Counted from the first letter of the stretch, positions 1 to 13,084 are shown. The stretch: 64,000 nt of DNA from Gekko japonicus (GCF_001447785.1 NW_015168655.1:317263-381262), one strand, 5' to 3'. Notes: generated by a model from the letters alone, not told the origin. Made by a program: numbers and translations.

Positions 1-289
1 CAGGATCACCTTAGAGATGCTGCTGGCCCAGCCTCCTCAATGGCTTTAGCCACACTCCCACCCACTATGGAAATATACTCAAAGTTTGTAGAAAAGTGGT
101 TTCCTGTATAAGATTATTTAATTTCTCACAATGTAGGTTCTAGAAAATTCATTCATATGAACTTGCTTAATATCTGATTGCTCGGATGTTGTTTTGAATA
201 CGTAGTTATGTCTCACTTCTTTACAACATAAATCAGAAGCATTTTTGTAAGTATGCCCTGCACCCCCCAAAAAAAATTCAGTGCCCAGG

Positions 290-935
290 CCAAACCTTAA
301 ATACCATAGCGAAGCATGGGTATCAAGCTAGTAGATGTATAAAACCATGGGGGACAAGGAACGTTGGGAACCCCATAAGCCAAAGGCTAAGGGGCAGACC
401 AGCAGTCTCCCAGCACCACCTTTAGAAATCTATCCTTGAAGTAAGACTGGAATCACCACAGGACAGCACCTCCCAGTCATGAAAGAGGATCCAGAAGGAT
501 ACCATGAAAGATGGTATCAAAAGTATCTGAAATGCCCAGGAGAATTAGCAGGATTGCACTCCGCCAGGATGACCAAGTCCATTTCATTCCCATAACCAGG
601 CCTGAAACCAGATTGGAATGGATCTAAACAATCTGCTTCATTCAGGAATCTCTGAAGTTGGCCAGCCACCGCTTGTTCAGTCATCTTGCTCCAGAATGGT
701 ACATTTGAGACTGGACAGTAGTTATTCATCTCTCCTGGGTCCAGAGTTGATTTCTTTAGTAGTGGGCACACCACTGCCCACATCAAGGCAGGAGCAACCA
801 CCCTATCCCTCAGGGAGGCATTTACTGTCTCCTGGACCCAGTCTGCCAGTCCCCTTGCCCTCAGCAGCCAGGAGAGGCAAGGATCATACGAACAGGTGGT
901 AAATCTCAAGCTTCCAAGAATCCTGTCCACATGAA
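290..935 (-). mobile_element. Degraded L2 LINE fragment (RT region)
   Basis: ORF 517..930 has PLLKK..LDP..NYCPVSN and DPFQSGFRPGY motifs shared with the L2 at 6070-7930; boundaries approximate. Confidence 0.8.
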
Positions 936-1569
936 CACACCAAATACAATTTTATAAATTATATATTTTATATTAAAGCAGTAAAATAAATTTAGGTTTG
1001 ATGAGAAAGTACTGAAATATTTCAATTTTGTACTCCGTGTGTATTTCCTCTATGGCTTCAAAATTTTACATCTCTAGTTTTGAATCCTGTTTGGAGGGCA
1101 GACAGAAAACCATACTTCATGATTTGGAGAGAGCAGAAAACTACTGTGTTTTGAAAAAAAGTGTTTAATGTCCCAGTCATGGACAAATGGAAGAAAGATG
1201 AGATGAGAGGGAACAACAGACATTGTTCTCTTACAGCAGATGTCTGACTTCCCACTCAAGCTGTTCTTAAGAATCCCCTATCCCCTATGAGCAGCAGTTT
1301 GGGCTACAGGAGGAGAAGGTAAGAAAGTTTCACTGTACCAGTGCAAACCCCTTTCTGATGAATCAAGTTTATGGTTGGTCACTACTCACTATATGTGCAA
1401 CAAACCAGAAATATTCATAAATATAATACTGACCATAATCTTTGGTTTCTGATAATATTTAGAGTAGAATGTATATGTTCTTTTTATAAAGTGATTCTTC
1501 CTGTGCTCGGGGCTCTGAAGGCCTTTATGTTTGTATACTTACAAGGTCACTGTATCTCTAACACATAAA

Positions 1570-1870
1570 ATGACATGTCGCTGATGTCAGCACCTGCTTC
1601 ACTAGCAAACTAGGACCTTGGAGACTAAGGATGAGCCCGCCCCCTTTTGCAGTAGCTGCACTATTGGTTTAGTCAATGGAATTCCCAAATGGGAAGCAGA
1701 TGGCAGTTTGTCTCTTGTGCATGTTGCTTATAGTATATACTGAGTTGGTTGTTACCTAGCAACTAAAGATGCAGTTGTATTATAGTAGCTGAGAAAAAAT
1801 GTAGTCCCTTGACACAGGTGCTGTTAATGATTTTCCCTGACACTGGAATTTCACTTGTGACTGTAGAAAG
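1570..1870. promoter_or_regulatory. Candidate intronic enhancer or promoter-like element (motif cluster)
   Basis: Apparently non-repetitive segment with E-boxes (1591, 1697, 1815), GC box CCCGCCCCC (1636-1644), reverse CCAAT (1663-1667) and RFX X-box GTTACCTAGCAAC (1751-1763). Confidence 0.4.
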
Positions 1871-2985
1871 CTTTAGCAAGAACTTGTCCCCAGTCAGGCA
1901 TCTCACTTTTGTTTGTGAAATAGGAACCCCTTAATCCTGTGTGAAGACAAATTGAATTTCTTTTCAGGAAAAAAGATATATGTAAATCCTAGTAAAGACA
2001 AAAGGGAAATTGTTGTTAAAGTAACTTCTATAAGTGATTAACAAAGTGCGCAACTTGATGTATGTGTATTTAAGACATTATAGCTCTTATTGCTAGTGTT
2101 ATCCATTGCTGACAAACTGTAGGGCAATTAATATTATAAATATCAGATCTCTTGAATGGCATACCTGAATCCCTACAGTATGAGAAATTGCAGCTTTCCA
2201 GTGTTAGGGATTTTATGGAATTTTATGGAATTGTTAATGAATCTATGCTCAGACTTTGCACAGGCAACATATGTTAAGCTGTTGTTCAGAAATTTACAAA
2301 TTCAGTCTTAAGCAGAGTTCCACACTTCTAAACCCATTGACTTCACCCTGTTTGCAAGGGTAACTGGTAAAGTTTGCACTATTAGAATCTAATTTTTAAT
2401 TACTTAATTTTATAGTGTGACTGTGGGTATACAGTGTATATATGTGTGTGTGTGTATAGCTATATCTATATAGTAGTTTAACCTCTCTTTGTAGATTTTG
2501 GGTTATAGAAAACTGATAAAATGGTTCAGTCTTCTCATTCTCTAGCTACGTATGAGCCTGTATTACCTTCTTAATCTTGCTTTATAATATAATGAATTGA
2601 AGGGGCTCCCAGACATTGAGTCAAGGATATAAAATATTAAATAAAGATCTCAAGATAATTAACTTGGTCAGATCTAATATTCCTAATGCATTTTATTGCA
2701 TCCAGGAGAAGAGATTCATAGACTTCTACATAAAAAACAGGCAATATTGTAAAATGGCCTTTACCATCAGTTTCAGGATATAAAATCTACAACTCTATCA
2801 TGGTTTGCTGTGTCATGCCATTAGCTATATGTTCGTTTTTCTTTGTATAAAATTTAACAAAATTAGGTCCTGCAAATATTCAAAGCACATTGTTGTAATA
2901 AACTATTGCCTGTTATAATTAAAATACCTGAACAATTTATGTTCTTTGTGTATTTTAAGTGAGCATAGCAGAGGATTTCCCCCCA

Positions 2986-3160
2986 CCCTGGATGGCCCAG
3001 ACTAGCCAGATCTCGGAAGCGAAGTAGGGTTGGCCCTGGTTAGTATATGGATGGGAGACTATCAGAGGCAGGCATTGGCAAACAACTTTTGAACATCTCT
3101 TGCCTTGAAAAACCTATGGGGTCGCTATAGGTCAGGTGCGACTTGACTTTTCACCACCAG
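2986..3160 (+). mobile_element. 5S rRNA-derived SINE (5S-Sauria-like)
   Basis: 5S head gatctcggaagc..agggttggccctggttagta..tggatgggagac, followed by an RTE/BovB-like tail gggtcgc..cgacttgac. Confidence 0.8.
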
Positions 3161-4775
3161 CTGAGGATTCTACTTCAGAAAAGCAAGTCTCAACTAGATG
3201 TAGACTATGTTTTGGAAGGAAAACTACAGTACAAGATAGGCATTAATGGGATACCCCAATTAAATTATTTTAGTCCACTGAAATAGATAAGGGGCTTTCC
3301 ATTCAGGACTGGTACACTGGGAATTTGCTTGCTACCTCCGTGTAGGAAATATGGAGCAGAAATTGGCACCACGTGTATTTTCTTTTCTCTGAAGTGGCTG
3401 CTGTGTAAATATTTACATCAACATAATAGTGGTTAACAGTCATAGGCCTTGGCTGTCATGAGACTTTTTTTTTGGGGGGGGTGTTAATAAACGAAGGTAC
3501 CCCTCTATATTCACCATATTTTAAACCATCTGTGACTCGCAGTTTTATGCTTACATAGAATAACTTATGTTTAGAACAGCAGTCAATAGGAATGATTTCA
3601 CTGAATTCAAGGTACATGTTATAAATATTAGATTAAATAAATGCTCCTGTTTACCTGTAAGACAACATTTTTAAGAGATCAGTGGGAAGACTCTGTCATT
3701 CTTAACTTTGAGATTTTGCAGTAGAGAGCCTTCAATAAATGCATTTCATCCCCATTTGCATGACTTAATAGTAAAGCATGACATTTACAATGGCCAACTT
3801 TATCCATAATTGCAGTATTTAAATGGTAGGACCAGATGTGGCTCTACTGTAGAGTACGGTTTTCTGTTTCTCTGGTGTGCAGACATCAATTCCTTGGATA
3901 CTTAAACTCAACAAGAGCAATGCTTGACATGTATATATAATTTTTAAATTAAGATTTTTCTTGTTTTCCCCATGGAGTAGCAAATACATACTTTGATGTA
4001 TCTGTGTTTGTTGTGCTATGAAACAAATGTGTGTAATGTGTTCTAGATGGAATGGTAATGTGTCCTTCTTTACCGTAGGCTATACACTTAGCTTATACCA
4101 CAGGAGTGGAATGTTGGCTTCTCCCTCCTAATATGCTTGAAATAACACATGTATTCAACACATACATTGCAGATTTGGGTGATAATGCCTTTTGAGTTAT
4201 GGATGATGCATGGTGCCATCACATTAGCATTTGCTAAGTTAACAATACTATGTGACTGATACTAACACACAGTTGCTAATAGGAGCTTTGACTCAACAAA
4301 AACAGAGTTTTCGCTCCAGTTTTGATTATATGGAAAATAACAGGTAAAGTGCATCGGCATTACATTGCAGTGACAAATTTCTGGTTTTTATACAGTGTTT
4401 AGTTTGCTACTGGGATCTCTCAGGCAAAAAATTAAGTATTATCCCTCTTAAGTGTGTTTAACAAGTGAGAATTATTGCAGTAAGCAAGAAAGCAAAAGGC
4501 ATTAATGTGTCACACAACATTTAGAGAGTAGATTTATCTTCTCATTACTTCTCAAAGCTCAAAGGCTTTTTGAGATGCATGAGGAAATTTAATCTCCCAT
4601 ATTGGGGTGTGGGTGATTTCTGACCATCTTTTCTTTTGTTGAGACTGTGTTGTGTATCATTTTCATATAAAATAATATTGAAGGAAGTTGCCAGCATATA
4701 TCCTTCTATGAAATTTGACTGGTTTAGTGGATGTTTTACCAGTGCTTCAAACATTTATAGTTCTACTACATGTAT

Positions 4776-5488
4776 TGTCCGAGGACGGCCAAGCCGCATC
4801 TGGACTCGTCTCGCCCTGCCGGGAAGCAGAGAATACTGCCCCCCATGCAAGCAGCTCACAACACGCCCTGCTGCTGCACAAACCCAACTCACTCTGGCTG
4901 CAGATTCAAGGCAAGATTGGCGCAGCGGCAAGGAGAAGACCGGTGGTGGGGGAAGCATGATGGGCAGAGGCTGATGTGGAGAAAGGCCTGCTGGGACTAC
5001 AGGAAGCCAGGGGCATGGCCCACCCATGCCAAGGGCTTGTGGTCCTCCAGAGATGGCAACATGACACAGCCATAAGAGGCCAGACCACTGAAGGATAGAG
5101 AGCCACGGTCAAGGGGGCAGGCATGCCACATGCCAAGTCAACGGAGACCCAGGGGCGAGCCCAGGGGATAGGAGGAATGAGGCCTGAGCCAATGGAGGAA
5201 ATCCTGGACTGATGGGCAGGGGCCCTACCATTGGGGTAAACAGAGAGTGGGGTCAAGCCAGGAGGTGGAGGGAATAAAAAGAGGCTCTGAAAATGAGGCT
5301 GGGGAGGAGGAAAAAGCCACAGCCAGGAAGTGCTGGTAGCATGACAGCTGATACTCCAGCTGGGAGGAGGAGGATTGGGGTGAGCCTAACCCTCTCTCCT
5401 CCACTTTCTGAGGCCTTAGGAGTGTCCCAGTGGACGAGCCAACACGGCAGAGGATGGTGTGCTCCAGGTTAGCAAGCGGGGCGTGACA
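4776..5488 (+). mobile_element. Solo LTR (Gypsy/ERV type), 713 bp
   Basis: TGT...ACA termini, perfect 5-bp TSD TGTAT on both sides, AATAAA near 5273, GC-rich against an AT-rich background. Confidence 0.85.
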
Positions 5489-6049
5489 TGTATTTTGTTG
5501 AATCAAGATAAACAGGACTAATCTGATGGTTGGATATTACTATAATCTGGAAATTGATTTTATGCATGGTCATCCAGTCTATACTTTAATACCAAAGTCA
5601 TATTTATTAGTGTGAAACTGCGATTAATAGATCATCATTGTTCTGAGTGTGTAGCAGGGCTCTAGTGTTTTTTACATCAAAAAAGGGCAGGTAAACATGT
5701 TTCGTCTGAGAAAACATTTTTCTTAGCCCAAACCAGCTACTTATACTTCTGAGCAAATTCACACCTTTCTAAGCCCATTGAAAGTGATGTGTTTTGAAGG
5801 GTATAACTCTGCTCAGAATTTCACTGTTATGTTGCAGGTCCTTCCCTATCCTCAAAGCTGAATGATTAAGTTTCTGCGAGATTTATGGACCGTAACTGAA
5901 ACAAATAAATAGAATGATATCCCAGTAAGAGTTTGTAGGTGCATAATAGAGTTTTGGCATCTGTTTTAATCCACTCATAACTCCAGCTGAGAATCAAACA
6001 ATAAAATAACAAAATAGGGATAAGGGGATATTTTAGCCTTGGTACTAAA

Positions 6050-8155
6050 AGCGTGGTGTAGTGATTAGAGCCAGCCAGCCCTCCGCCTCATAACACTTAA
6101 AACGACGTTCATTAACGTTGAGACAGTGAGTGAACTTGAGGCCCCTTGCGCGGCTTCGCCGGGGTTGGAAGGTTTTGACCGGCTCAGCTTGGAGGAAGTC
6201 GATAGAGTGCTTGTATCTGTGCGCCCAACCACTTGTAGCCTTGACCCGTGCCCCTCCTGGCTCATTTAAGTGGTCCACGAGGGGTTTTGAGGTGCCTTGA
6301 GGGAGATTATTAACAAGTCCCTGTCGGAGGGGTGGTTCCCCGAGGCACTCAAGGAGGCGATGGTCCGCCCTCTCCTGAAAAATCCAACTCTGGACCCGGC
6401 AGAATTGGCCAGCTATCGGCCGGTGTCCAATCTGCCCTATTTGGGCAAACTCATTGAGAGGGCGGTGGCGACGCAGCTGCAGGGCTTTCTAGATGACACT
6501 TCTGCCTTTGATCCATTCCAGTCAGGCTTTCGCCCAGGGCATGGGACGGAGACTGTGCTGGTTGCCCTTACTGACGACCTCCGTAGACATCTGGATTGAG
6601 GCGGTGTGGCGGCACTGTTGTTGCTAGATCTGTCGGCTGCATTTGATACGGTCGACCACCAGCTGCTTGCCCACCGCCTTGCCGACAGGATTCAGGGGCT
6701 CTCCCTTCAATTGCTTGTCTCTTTTCTCCAAGGCCAGGGACAGAGGGTTGGGCTAGAGGAGCAGAAATCCCAGAGGCACCTGCTCGAATGCGGAGTGCCT
6801 CAGGGGGCAGTACTCTCCCCGATGCTGTTTAATATATACATGCGCCCTCTCACCCAGATTGTCTGGAGGTATGGGCTTGGGTGTCATCAATATGCTGATG
6901 ACACCCAGCTCTAACTGATGTTGGGTGGTCAGTCGGACTCCGACCCAGAAGATCTTCACTGGGCTTTACAGGCCATATTTGGGTGGCTCAGACTGAGTCG
7001 GCTGAAGCTGAACCCGGCGAAGACGGAGGTCCTGTGCCTGGGTCGGGGTGGTATGGGATTGGGGCTCCCGCTCCCAGCCTTTGATGGGGCACCTTTGGTG
7101 CCAGCTTCGGAGGTTAGGAGTTTGGGAGTGCTCCTGGACCCCACCTTAACGATGGAGGCCCAGGTGGCAGCCACTACCAAAGCAGCCTTTTACCACCTGC
7201 AGCTGGTGCGGCAGTTGGTCCCCTTCCTTAGCTGCAAAGACCTGGCCACAGTGATCTATGCGACGGTCACCTCAAGGTTAGACTACTGCAACGCTCTCTA
7301 CATGGGGCTGCCTTTGTCGCAAATTCGGAAGCTGCAGCTGGTGCAGAATGCGGCGGCCAGGTTGGTAGCAGGTGTCTCTAGATGGGACCACATCCAACCT
7401 GTGCTGAAAGCTCTGCACTGGCTGCCTATAGCGTTCCAGATTAGCTTCAAAGTGCTGGTGTTTACCTTTAAAGCCCTACATGGCCAGGGTCCGGCATACC
7501 TGAGGGACCACCTTTCCCCATACAGGCCCCAAAGAGCACTTCAGTCGGGGTCACAACACCGCCTAGTGACCCCGGGCCCTAAGGAGGCCAGGCTTGTTGC
7601 CACAAGGGCCAGGTCCTTTTCGGTGGCGGCTCCTGCCTGGTGGAATGAGCTCCCGGAGAAGATCAGGGTCCTGCGGGATCTCTTACAATTCCGCAGGGCC
7701 TTCAAGGTGTGCAATAGGGAGTGAGTATGTTAGTCGTGATGGATCCTGTGAGCTGTCCACTTTGCTTAAATTGTTTTAACCTGTATTTTATTGCACTGTG
7801 TGCCTTAATTGTTTTTAACTTGTGGTATTGGATTACACTTTTGTGTCTTGTAAGTCACCCTGAGCCCGCGTGCGGGGAGGGCGGGGTATAAATGAAATAA
7901 AATTAAAATAAATAAATAAATAAATAAATAAAAGCAGTGGACTCTAATCTGGAGAACTGGGTTTGAGTTCCCACTTCTCCACATGAAGCCTGCTGAGTGA
8001 CCTTGAGCCAGTCACAGTTCTCTCAGAACTCTCTCAGCCCCACCTACCTCACAAGGTGACTGTTGAGGGGAGAGGAAGGGAAAGGAGATTGTAAACCACT
8101 TTGAGACTTCTTAAGGCAGAGAAAAGCAGGGTATAAAAACTAACTCTTCTTCTAT
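6050..8155 (+). mobile_element. tRNA-derived SINE with an L2-type tail, split by an L2 insertion (pieces 6050-6070 and 7931-8155)
   Basis: tggtgtagtgattagag before the L2 continues as cagtggactctaatctggagaactgggttt after it; an uninterrupted head of this type is at 36491-36525. Confidence 0.75.
6071..7930 (+). mobile_element. 5'-truncated L2 LINE, ORF2 RT and C-terminus with stops and frameshifts, (TAAA)n tail
   Basis: ORFs 6297-7724 carry LLDLSAAFDTVDH, GVPQG, YADDTQL and SRLDYCN..LHWLP; 3' stem and taaa repeats at 7850-7930. Confidence 0.95.
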
Positions 8156-8789
8156 TTGAGACAGGGCGTTTGTTCCATGTTCTGACCTACTCACTCTGGT
8201 CCCAGAAAACTTGCTTCTCCTTCACTTTTTGCCTTCTAGAGTCGGTCTGTCTCCATCCATTTCTCATGGGGCCATGCTCCAGTTGGAGTGTTTACCAACC
8301 CAGCCCTGTTTAGTCACTGTGGTCACTCTGAACTTTTTTCAGTTGAGTTCACTTGGCTCACTTTCCAGCTGTGGGAGATGTGCAAATGATCTCATTAAAG
8401 TGTGTCCCCAGCCAATCCCTTCTTCCCCTGTTGCCTCCCCTTCCTGTCCATTTCTCCTTGTTCATACTTCTAAATCTACCACTAAGTACATTCTGTTGCA
8501 GGAAATAGAATGGCTCCATCACAGGGCACCTGGCAGCACAGAGATGAGTGACCAGCACTCCCTTAGATTTATATAATCTGGTCCTGGGTTGACAATCAGC
8601 CCCCAGTCTGGTGCATTACTATGCAGGGTGTATTTGGGCACAAGGTTGAGCAGTTCCCTGAGAAGCAGCTGCACCATTATAATTAAAAAGCAAATTGTAC
8701 AATACAGTGGAATAGAGGGTTGTATACTACTATTCTGCTATGCTAAGTATGCAGTTAATGAAAGACAGGAATGTCTCACTTAGGAGACT

Positions 8790-9976
8790 AGTCAAAAAAG
8801 CCAGAGAAGGGGTCACAGTGTGCAGATACATGCCAATAGACCAAAAACCACTGTGGTAAAATTAACAATGACACATTTAATAATTCTATAGCATCTGTGG
8901 AGCTATTAATCTTATAATATGGTAAAAGAATTCAGGCACAGGCAAAGCAAAGTCCAACATAATCATATCCTCGATGAGCACACCGGTTTTGACACTCATT
9001 TCACCAATCTTCCTCATGAGTAAGAAGTCTTATAAAGTTGGAAGATGTCAGCCTCTTGATTCAGCTTAGTTTCTTTTTTTAAAAACAGTATAGCTTCTTA
9101 TTTGTTTTCTTCTTAGTCAAATTCTCCTGAAAAAAGCATAGTTATAAGGAGTGGAGAAAGACATGAAGCTGAATTGAATAATTTTGTTATGATTTTAAAC
9201 TAGAGTAGTTGTTAGACTTACTTTCAGTTCCATTGCAAGTACTTGAATAGGAGCAAGTCAATTACTAAATTTCTAGTCTTAGCAACCAGTCCAAATTTTT
9301 TTTTGTGGCAACAGGCCTACTTTGAATTGGCTGGCATTTGCTTTCTGACTTACATTGTTGGCTAGTAGCTCTCTATTAGGGAGTAGCATTTCAATATTCT
9401 TATCTATCTGGCTAAAAGCCTTCTTTTAATGGACTGACAATGCTCTCCACTTCTCACGCTGGAAACCAACTCAAGGAACTTACTGATAGATTCCAAGCAG
9501 CTGCATGTTGTTATACTTCTCTCTTAAAGGTGTAGACCAATTAACACTATAAAGTAATCTCCTATATAATACATACACTATTGATTTATACATATACTTT
9601 TAAATGCGATTTTAAATATGCTTTTAAAAAACAACAACATTGTAGTATCATTTAACTAGTGTGTCAATGTCCCCAGTAAAAATCAAGTCAAAAAAGCCAG
9701 AGAAGGGGTCACAGTGCACAGATACATGCCAACAGACCAAAAACCACTGTGGTAAAATTAACAATGACACATTTAATAATTCTATGAGCATCAATTTGTG
9801 AAGCTATTAATCTTACAATATGGTAAAAGAATATGGATATGATTATGTTGGACTTTGCTTTGCCTATGCCTGATTTCTTTTACCATATTGTAAGATTAAT
9901 AGCTTCACAAATTGATGCTCATAGAATTATTAAATGTGTCATTGTTAATTTTACCACAGTGGTTTTTGGTCTGTTG
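8790..9976 (-). mobile_element. Non-coding Penelope-like element with direct and inverted pseudo-LTR copies
   Basis: 14-bp TSD TCACTTAGGAGACT (8776-8789 and 9977-9990); repeat copies at 8790-8970 and 9686-9832, inverted copy at 9836-9976. Confidence 0.65.
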
Positions 9977-10586
9977 TCACTTAGGAGACTGGTATGGTAG
10001 GATGTAACCCATTGTTTTGAAAAGCCGATGACTTTATATGTGCAGATTGTTTAGGTTTGTCCATATTCCCTGGTTCCTGAGCACAATTAAACAGGGATTG
10101 AGTTTTTGTGTTTGAAGGAAGTTAGAAGCTATGGAACGTTATTTCTCAGCCAAATGGAACCCTTCAGTGTGGTTTGGTACAGCTCTTGGGAATAAGAAAC
10201 ATTAGATTCTTTGTTTTTACTTCTTAATGCTGTCTTGTCTATAGAATTGGGAGGATTGCTTGGTGGGAGCTATTTGCTGTCCTAATCTCGTTGGTCATAA
10301 AATGGTGAAGGAACTAGAGGCTAACTTCTGTCCACCTGAATACTCCAACACTCCTGACAAAATTTGCCAGGCCTGGATAAAAAATATTTATATTACTTGC
10401 AGGCCCAAGGGGTCATAGATATGTAATAATTTCAGGAAACACTGATTGCAAACCTTTAGAAACTTCAGATGTGGTCTATGTGACCACTGGAAATGAACTT
10501 AGGGTTGGAGAAAAGCCCTGACCTGGAAAGCCCAGGCTAGCCCGATTTTGACAAATCTCAGAAGCTAAGCAGGGGTGGGCCTGGGT

Positions 10587-12620
10587 CAGAGCCGGCCCCA
10601 GCTTTTTTTGCACACTAGGGGAGGATACCTTCGGCCCCCCCTCCCCCGTGCACCCACCAATTTTCAAACATAAATGCATTTTAGTCCAGGAGGATGCAAA
10701 GAAGAAATGGAAACAAGTCTGAAGAAGTGAGCAGTGACTCATAAAAGCACATCTCTACCACAATTTTGTTAGTCCTTAAAGGTGCTACTGGACTCTTACC
10801 TTTTCTACTGCTATTACAAACCACAAACCACCTTCAAATGAGAACTGGACTTTTTGACTACTTTTTAAAAAATCATGATTTTTTTTGCAGTTCTTCATAC
10901 ATGAATTGTAGCTCTTCCCTTTTCCCTATCACTTCCTCCAGCCGTCTCTCCAGACTGCCTGCAAAACTGCTGGGTGTAGCAGAGAGGCACCCGCACTCAC
11001 TTTCTCCCTGGGACCGGCTGGCTGGGATTTTCTCACCCCCCGCTTTGTTTCCACCGCAAAGGAAGCCATGTAGACTACCGTGTTTCCCCGAAAATAAGAC
11101 ACTGTCTTATATTTATTTTTTCTCAAGAAGACACACTAGGGCTTATACCACAAATGCATAGAAATCCTGCTAGGGCTTATTTTTGGGGTAGGTCTTATTT
11201 TCGGGGAAACAGGGTACATTGCCCAGCGTGCCCTTGTGGCTTCTTACTAAGCAGACGGGACTGGCTGGGCTGGAGCAGCTAAGACTGGATCGCTCCTTCC
11301 CTCCCCCCTTTTACAGCCCGTTGAAATTTTTACCAACCTTTCCAAACCAGCTAGAAGGGAGAGTGTGAAGAGAAGCCTTGCCTTGCACGTCCGGGAGCTC
11401 GCCGTTTAAAAGGGCCATGTGCTGCTGCTGCTTCTGAATCCAGGCACTGCAGTGACCCCAGAAAACTTTCTGCCTCTTCCCCCCCCGCCCTTATTTGCAA
11501 AGCCCTGGCTTGACGCTCCTCTCTGGCACTGCAGGCCAGCTGGCTTGGGGAGGCTGTGGGCAAGCTCAACATCCTCTGACCGCCCCCCCCCCACAAACAA
11601 ACCCACCCCAGAGCAGCTTGGTTGCCCACAGTGGTTGCAAGAAGGTTTTTAAAAGTTAAAAAAAAAAAAAAGGAACAAAATTTGAGTCCAGTGGCACTCA
11701 GCCCCTACGCCACCCAAGAGTCCCTGCCAATTACTACACAGGAGCACACCGCGGCCCCCATCCCACCCCCAAAACAAGCCAACTTACCCTTGCAGCAGCA
11801 AGAAGATGCTGCACATGCAGCCCCCGCCCAGCTTGTCCCAGGCTGACTGAGGGCTCATGGAAGCTGGGGGCGGGGCTTCTGCCGGTGTGCAGACCCCGAC
11901 TGGCTGGCCAGCCGCCTGCCCAACTAGTTTCTTTAAAAAAGATTTTTAAAAGGCTTACTGATAGGATGTTTGGGGGAAAAAAAACAGCATTCTTTTGAGT
12001 GATGTTTTTATTGTTCCCAGCGCGGAGGCAGGAGAGAAAGCAATGCTGAGGGCAGGTGGGCGACGGTGGCAGGGGCCGGAGGGCGCCTGCGACGCTTGGA
12101 GGGGAAGTACTCGGGGGGAGGGTCACTCCCAGGAGAGACGCTTAGCCCGAGGACCCACCTCGCTGCCCCCACAGAGTGCCTGCCCACCGGCCCACTCCCT
12201 CCTCGGCCACCGTGCGGGGCTGCTGCTGTGTGCCGAGAGTGCTGCACGCCGAGAGGGCTGCTCCCTCCGGACCCTTTGGCGGGGGGGGGGCTGCGCTGGG
12301 GAGGAGGTCGGGCAAAGAAGTTTTGCGGAGGGGAAGGGGCTTCCTCCGAGCCGGGGGAGGGGGCTGTTGTTGAGCCAAAGCCCAGTGAGAGGCCCCCGTT
12401 ATGAGCAGTTGTTTTTGGCGGGGGCTTTTAGTGTGGGGGCGGGTGGCCATCAGGGCAGTTCAGGATGAAGACGACTGGAGGGGGAGAAAGGCAGCGGCGG
12501 CTGTGGTCAGGGGGCGATGCAGCACACAGGGCTTTTGGTGGGGGGGACGCAGTTCGGCACCCTCATGATTGGCCCGCTCTAGGCAAAAGTCTAGTTTGCC
12601 TAGTGAGCGGGCCAGCCCTG
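10587..12620. mobile_element. Non-autonomous hAT DNA transposon (Tip100-like), about 2 kb, GC/CpG rich
   Basis: TIRs cagagccggccc / gggccagccctg; 8-bp TSD gcctgggt / gcctggcc. Confidence 0.8.
11078..11214. mobile_element. Tc1/mariner (Tc2-like) MITE nested in the hAT
   Basis: TIRs ccgtgtttccccgaaaataagac / gtcttattttcggggaaacaggg, flanked by a TA TSD. Confidence 0.85.
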
Positions 12621-13084
12621 GCCTGGCCTAGTATTTGGATGGGAGACCTCCAAGGAATACCGGGGTCATGATGTGGAGGCAGGTTATGAATGTCTCTTGC
12701 CTTAAAACCTTATGTGGTCATTATAAGTCAGCTGTGACTTGGTGGCACTTTCCACCACCACCACCAGGAGAAAATCAGGCTTTGGCCAGATGTGGGTTGT
12801 AAGACAGTTGCATGGCCCCATAGCAAAAAGGGAAATTTGGCCTCCAGGCGTGACATTTTCTATCAGTTTTAAGCATTGTTATCTGCCCCTTGCTTTTGTG
12901 GTGAATATTGCTTTTGTGGTGAATTTTGTGGTGAATATTAACACTCTGTTAATTCACCAACTGTCACAAAGCCAGGGATTCCTTAGAGGCAAAATTTTTC
13001 CTCCATTTCTCTATCCCTTTACGGACTAAGTCACCCTAGTAATGTGTTTTCTTCATTGCTGAAGAACTCTGGTTGTCCCACCCT

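Larger units (their letters stand above)
10516..12766 (+). mobile_element. 5S-derived SINE split by a hAT insertion (pieces 10516-10586 and 12621-12766)
   Basis: gaagctaagcaggggtgggcctgg resumes as gcctggcctagtatttggatgggagacc; (CCA)n tail. Confidence 0.85.

Noticed and set aside
2990-3065. 5S rRNA gene (also at 10540, 16340, 38130, 50460 and 59370)
   Set aside because: Partial, diverged 5S sequences fused to a common RTE-like tail; these are SINE heads, not rRNA genes
4636-5506. Overlapping ORFs
   Set aside because: Largely within a solo LTR bounded by a TSD; no coding signature
11351-12671. Cluster of overlapping ORFs / CpG-island promoter
   Set aside because: Lies wholly inside a TIR- and TSD-bounded hAT element; the ORFs are GC-rich artefacts with no recognisable domain
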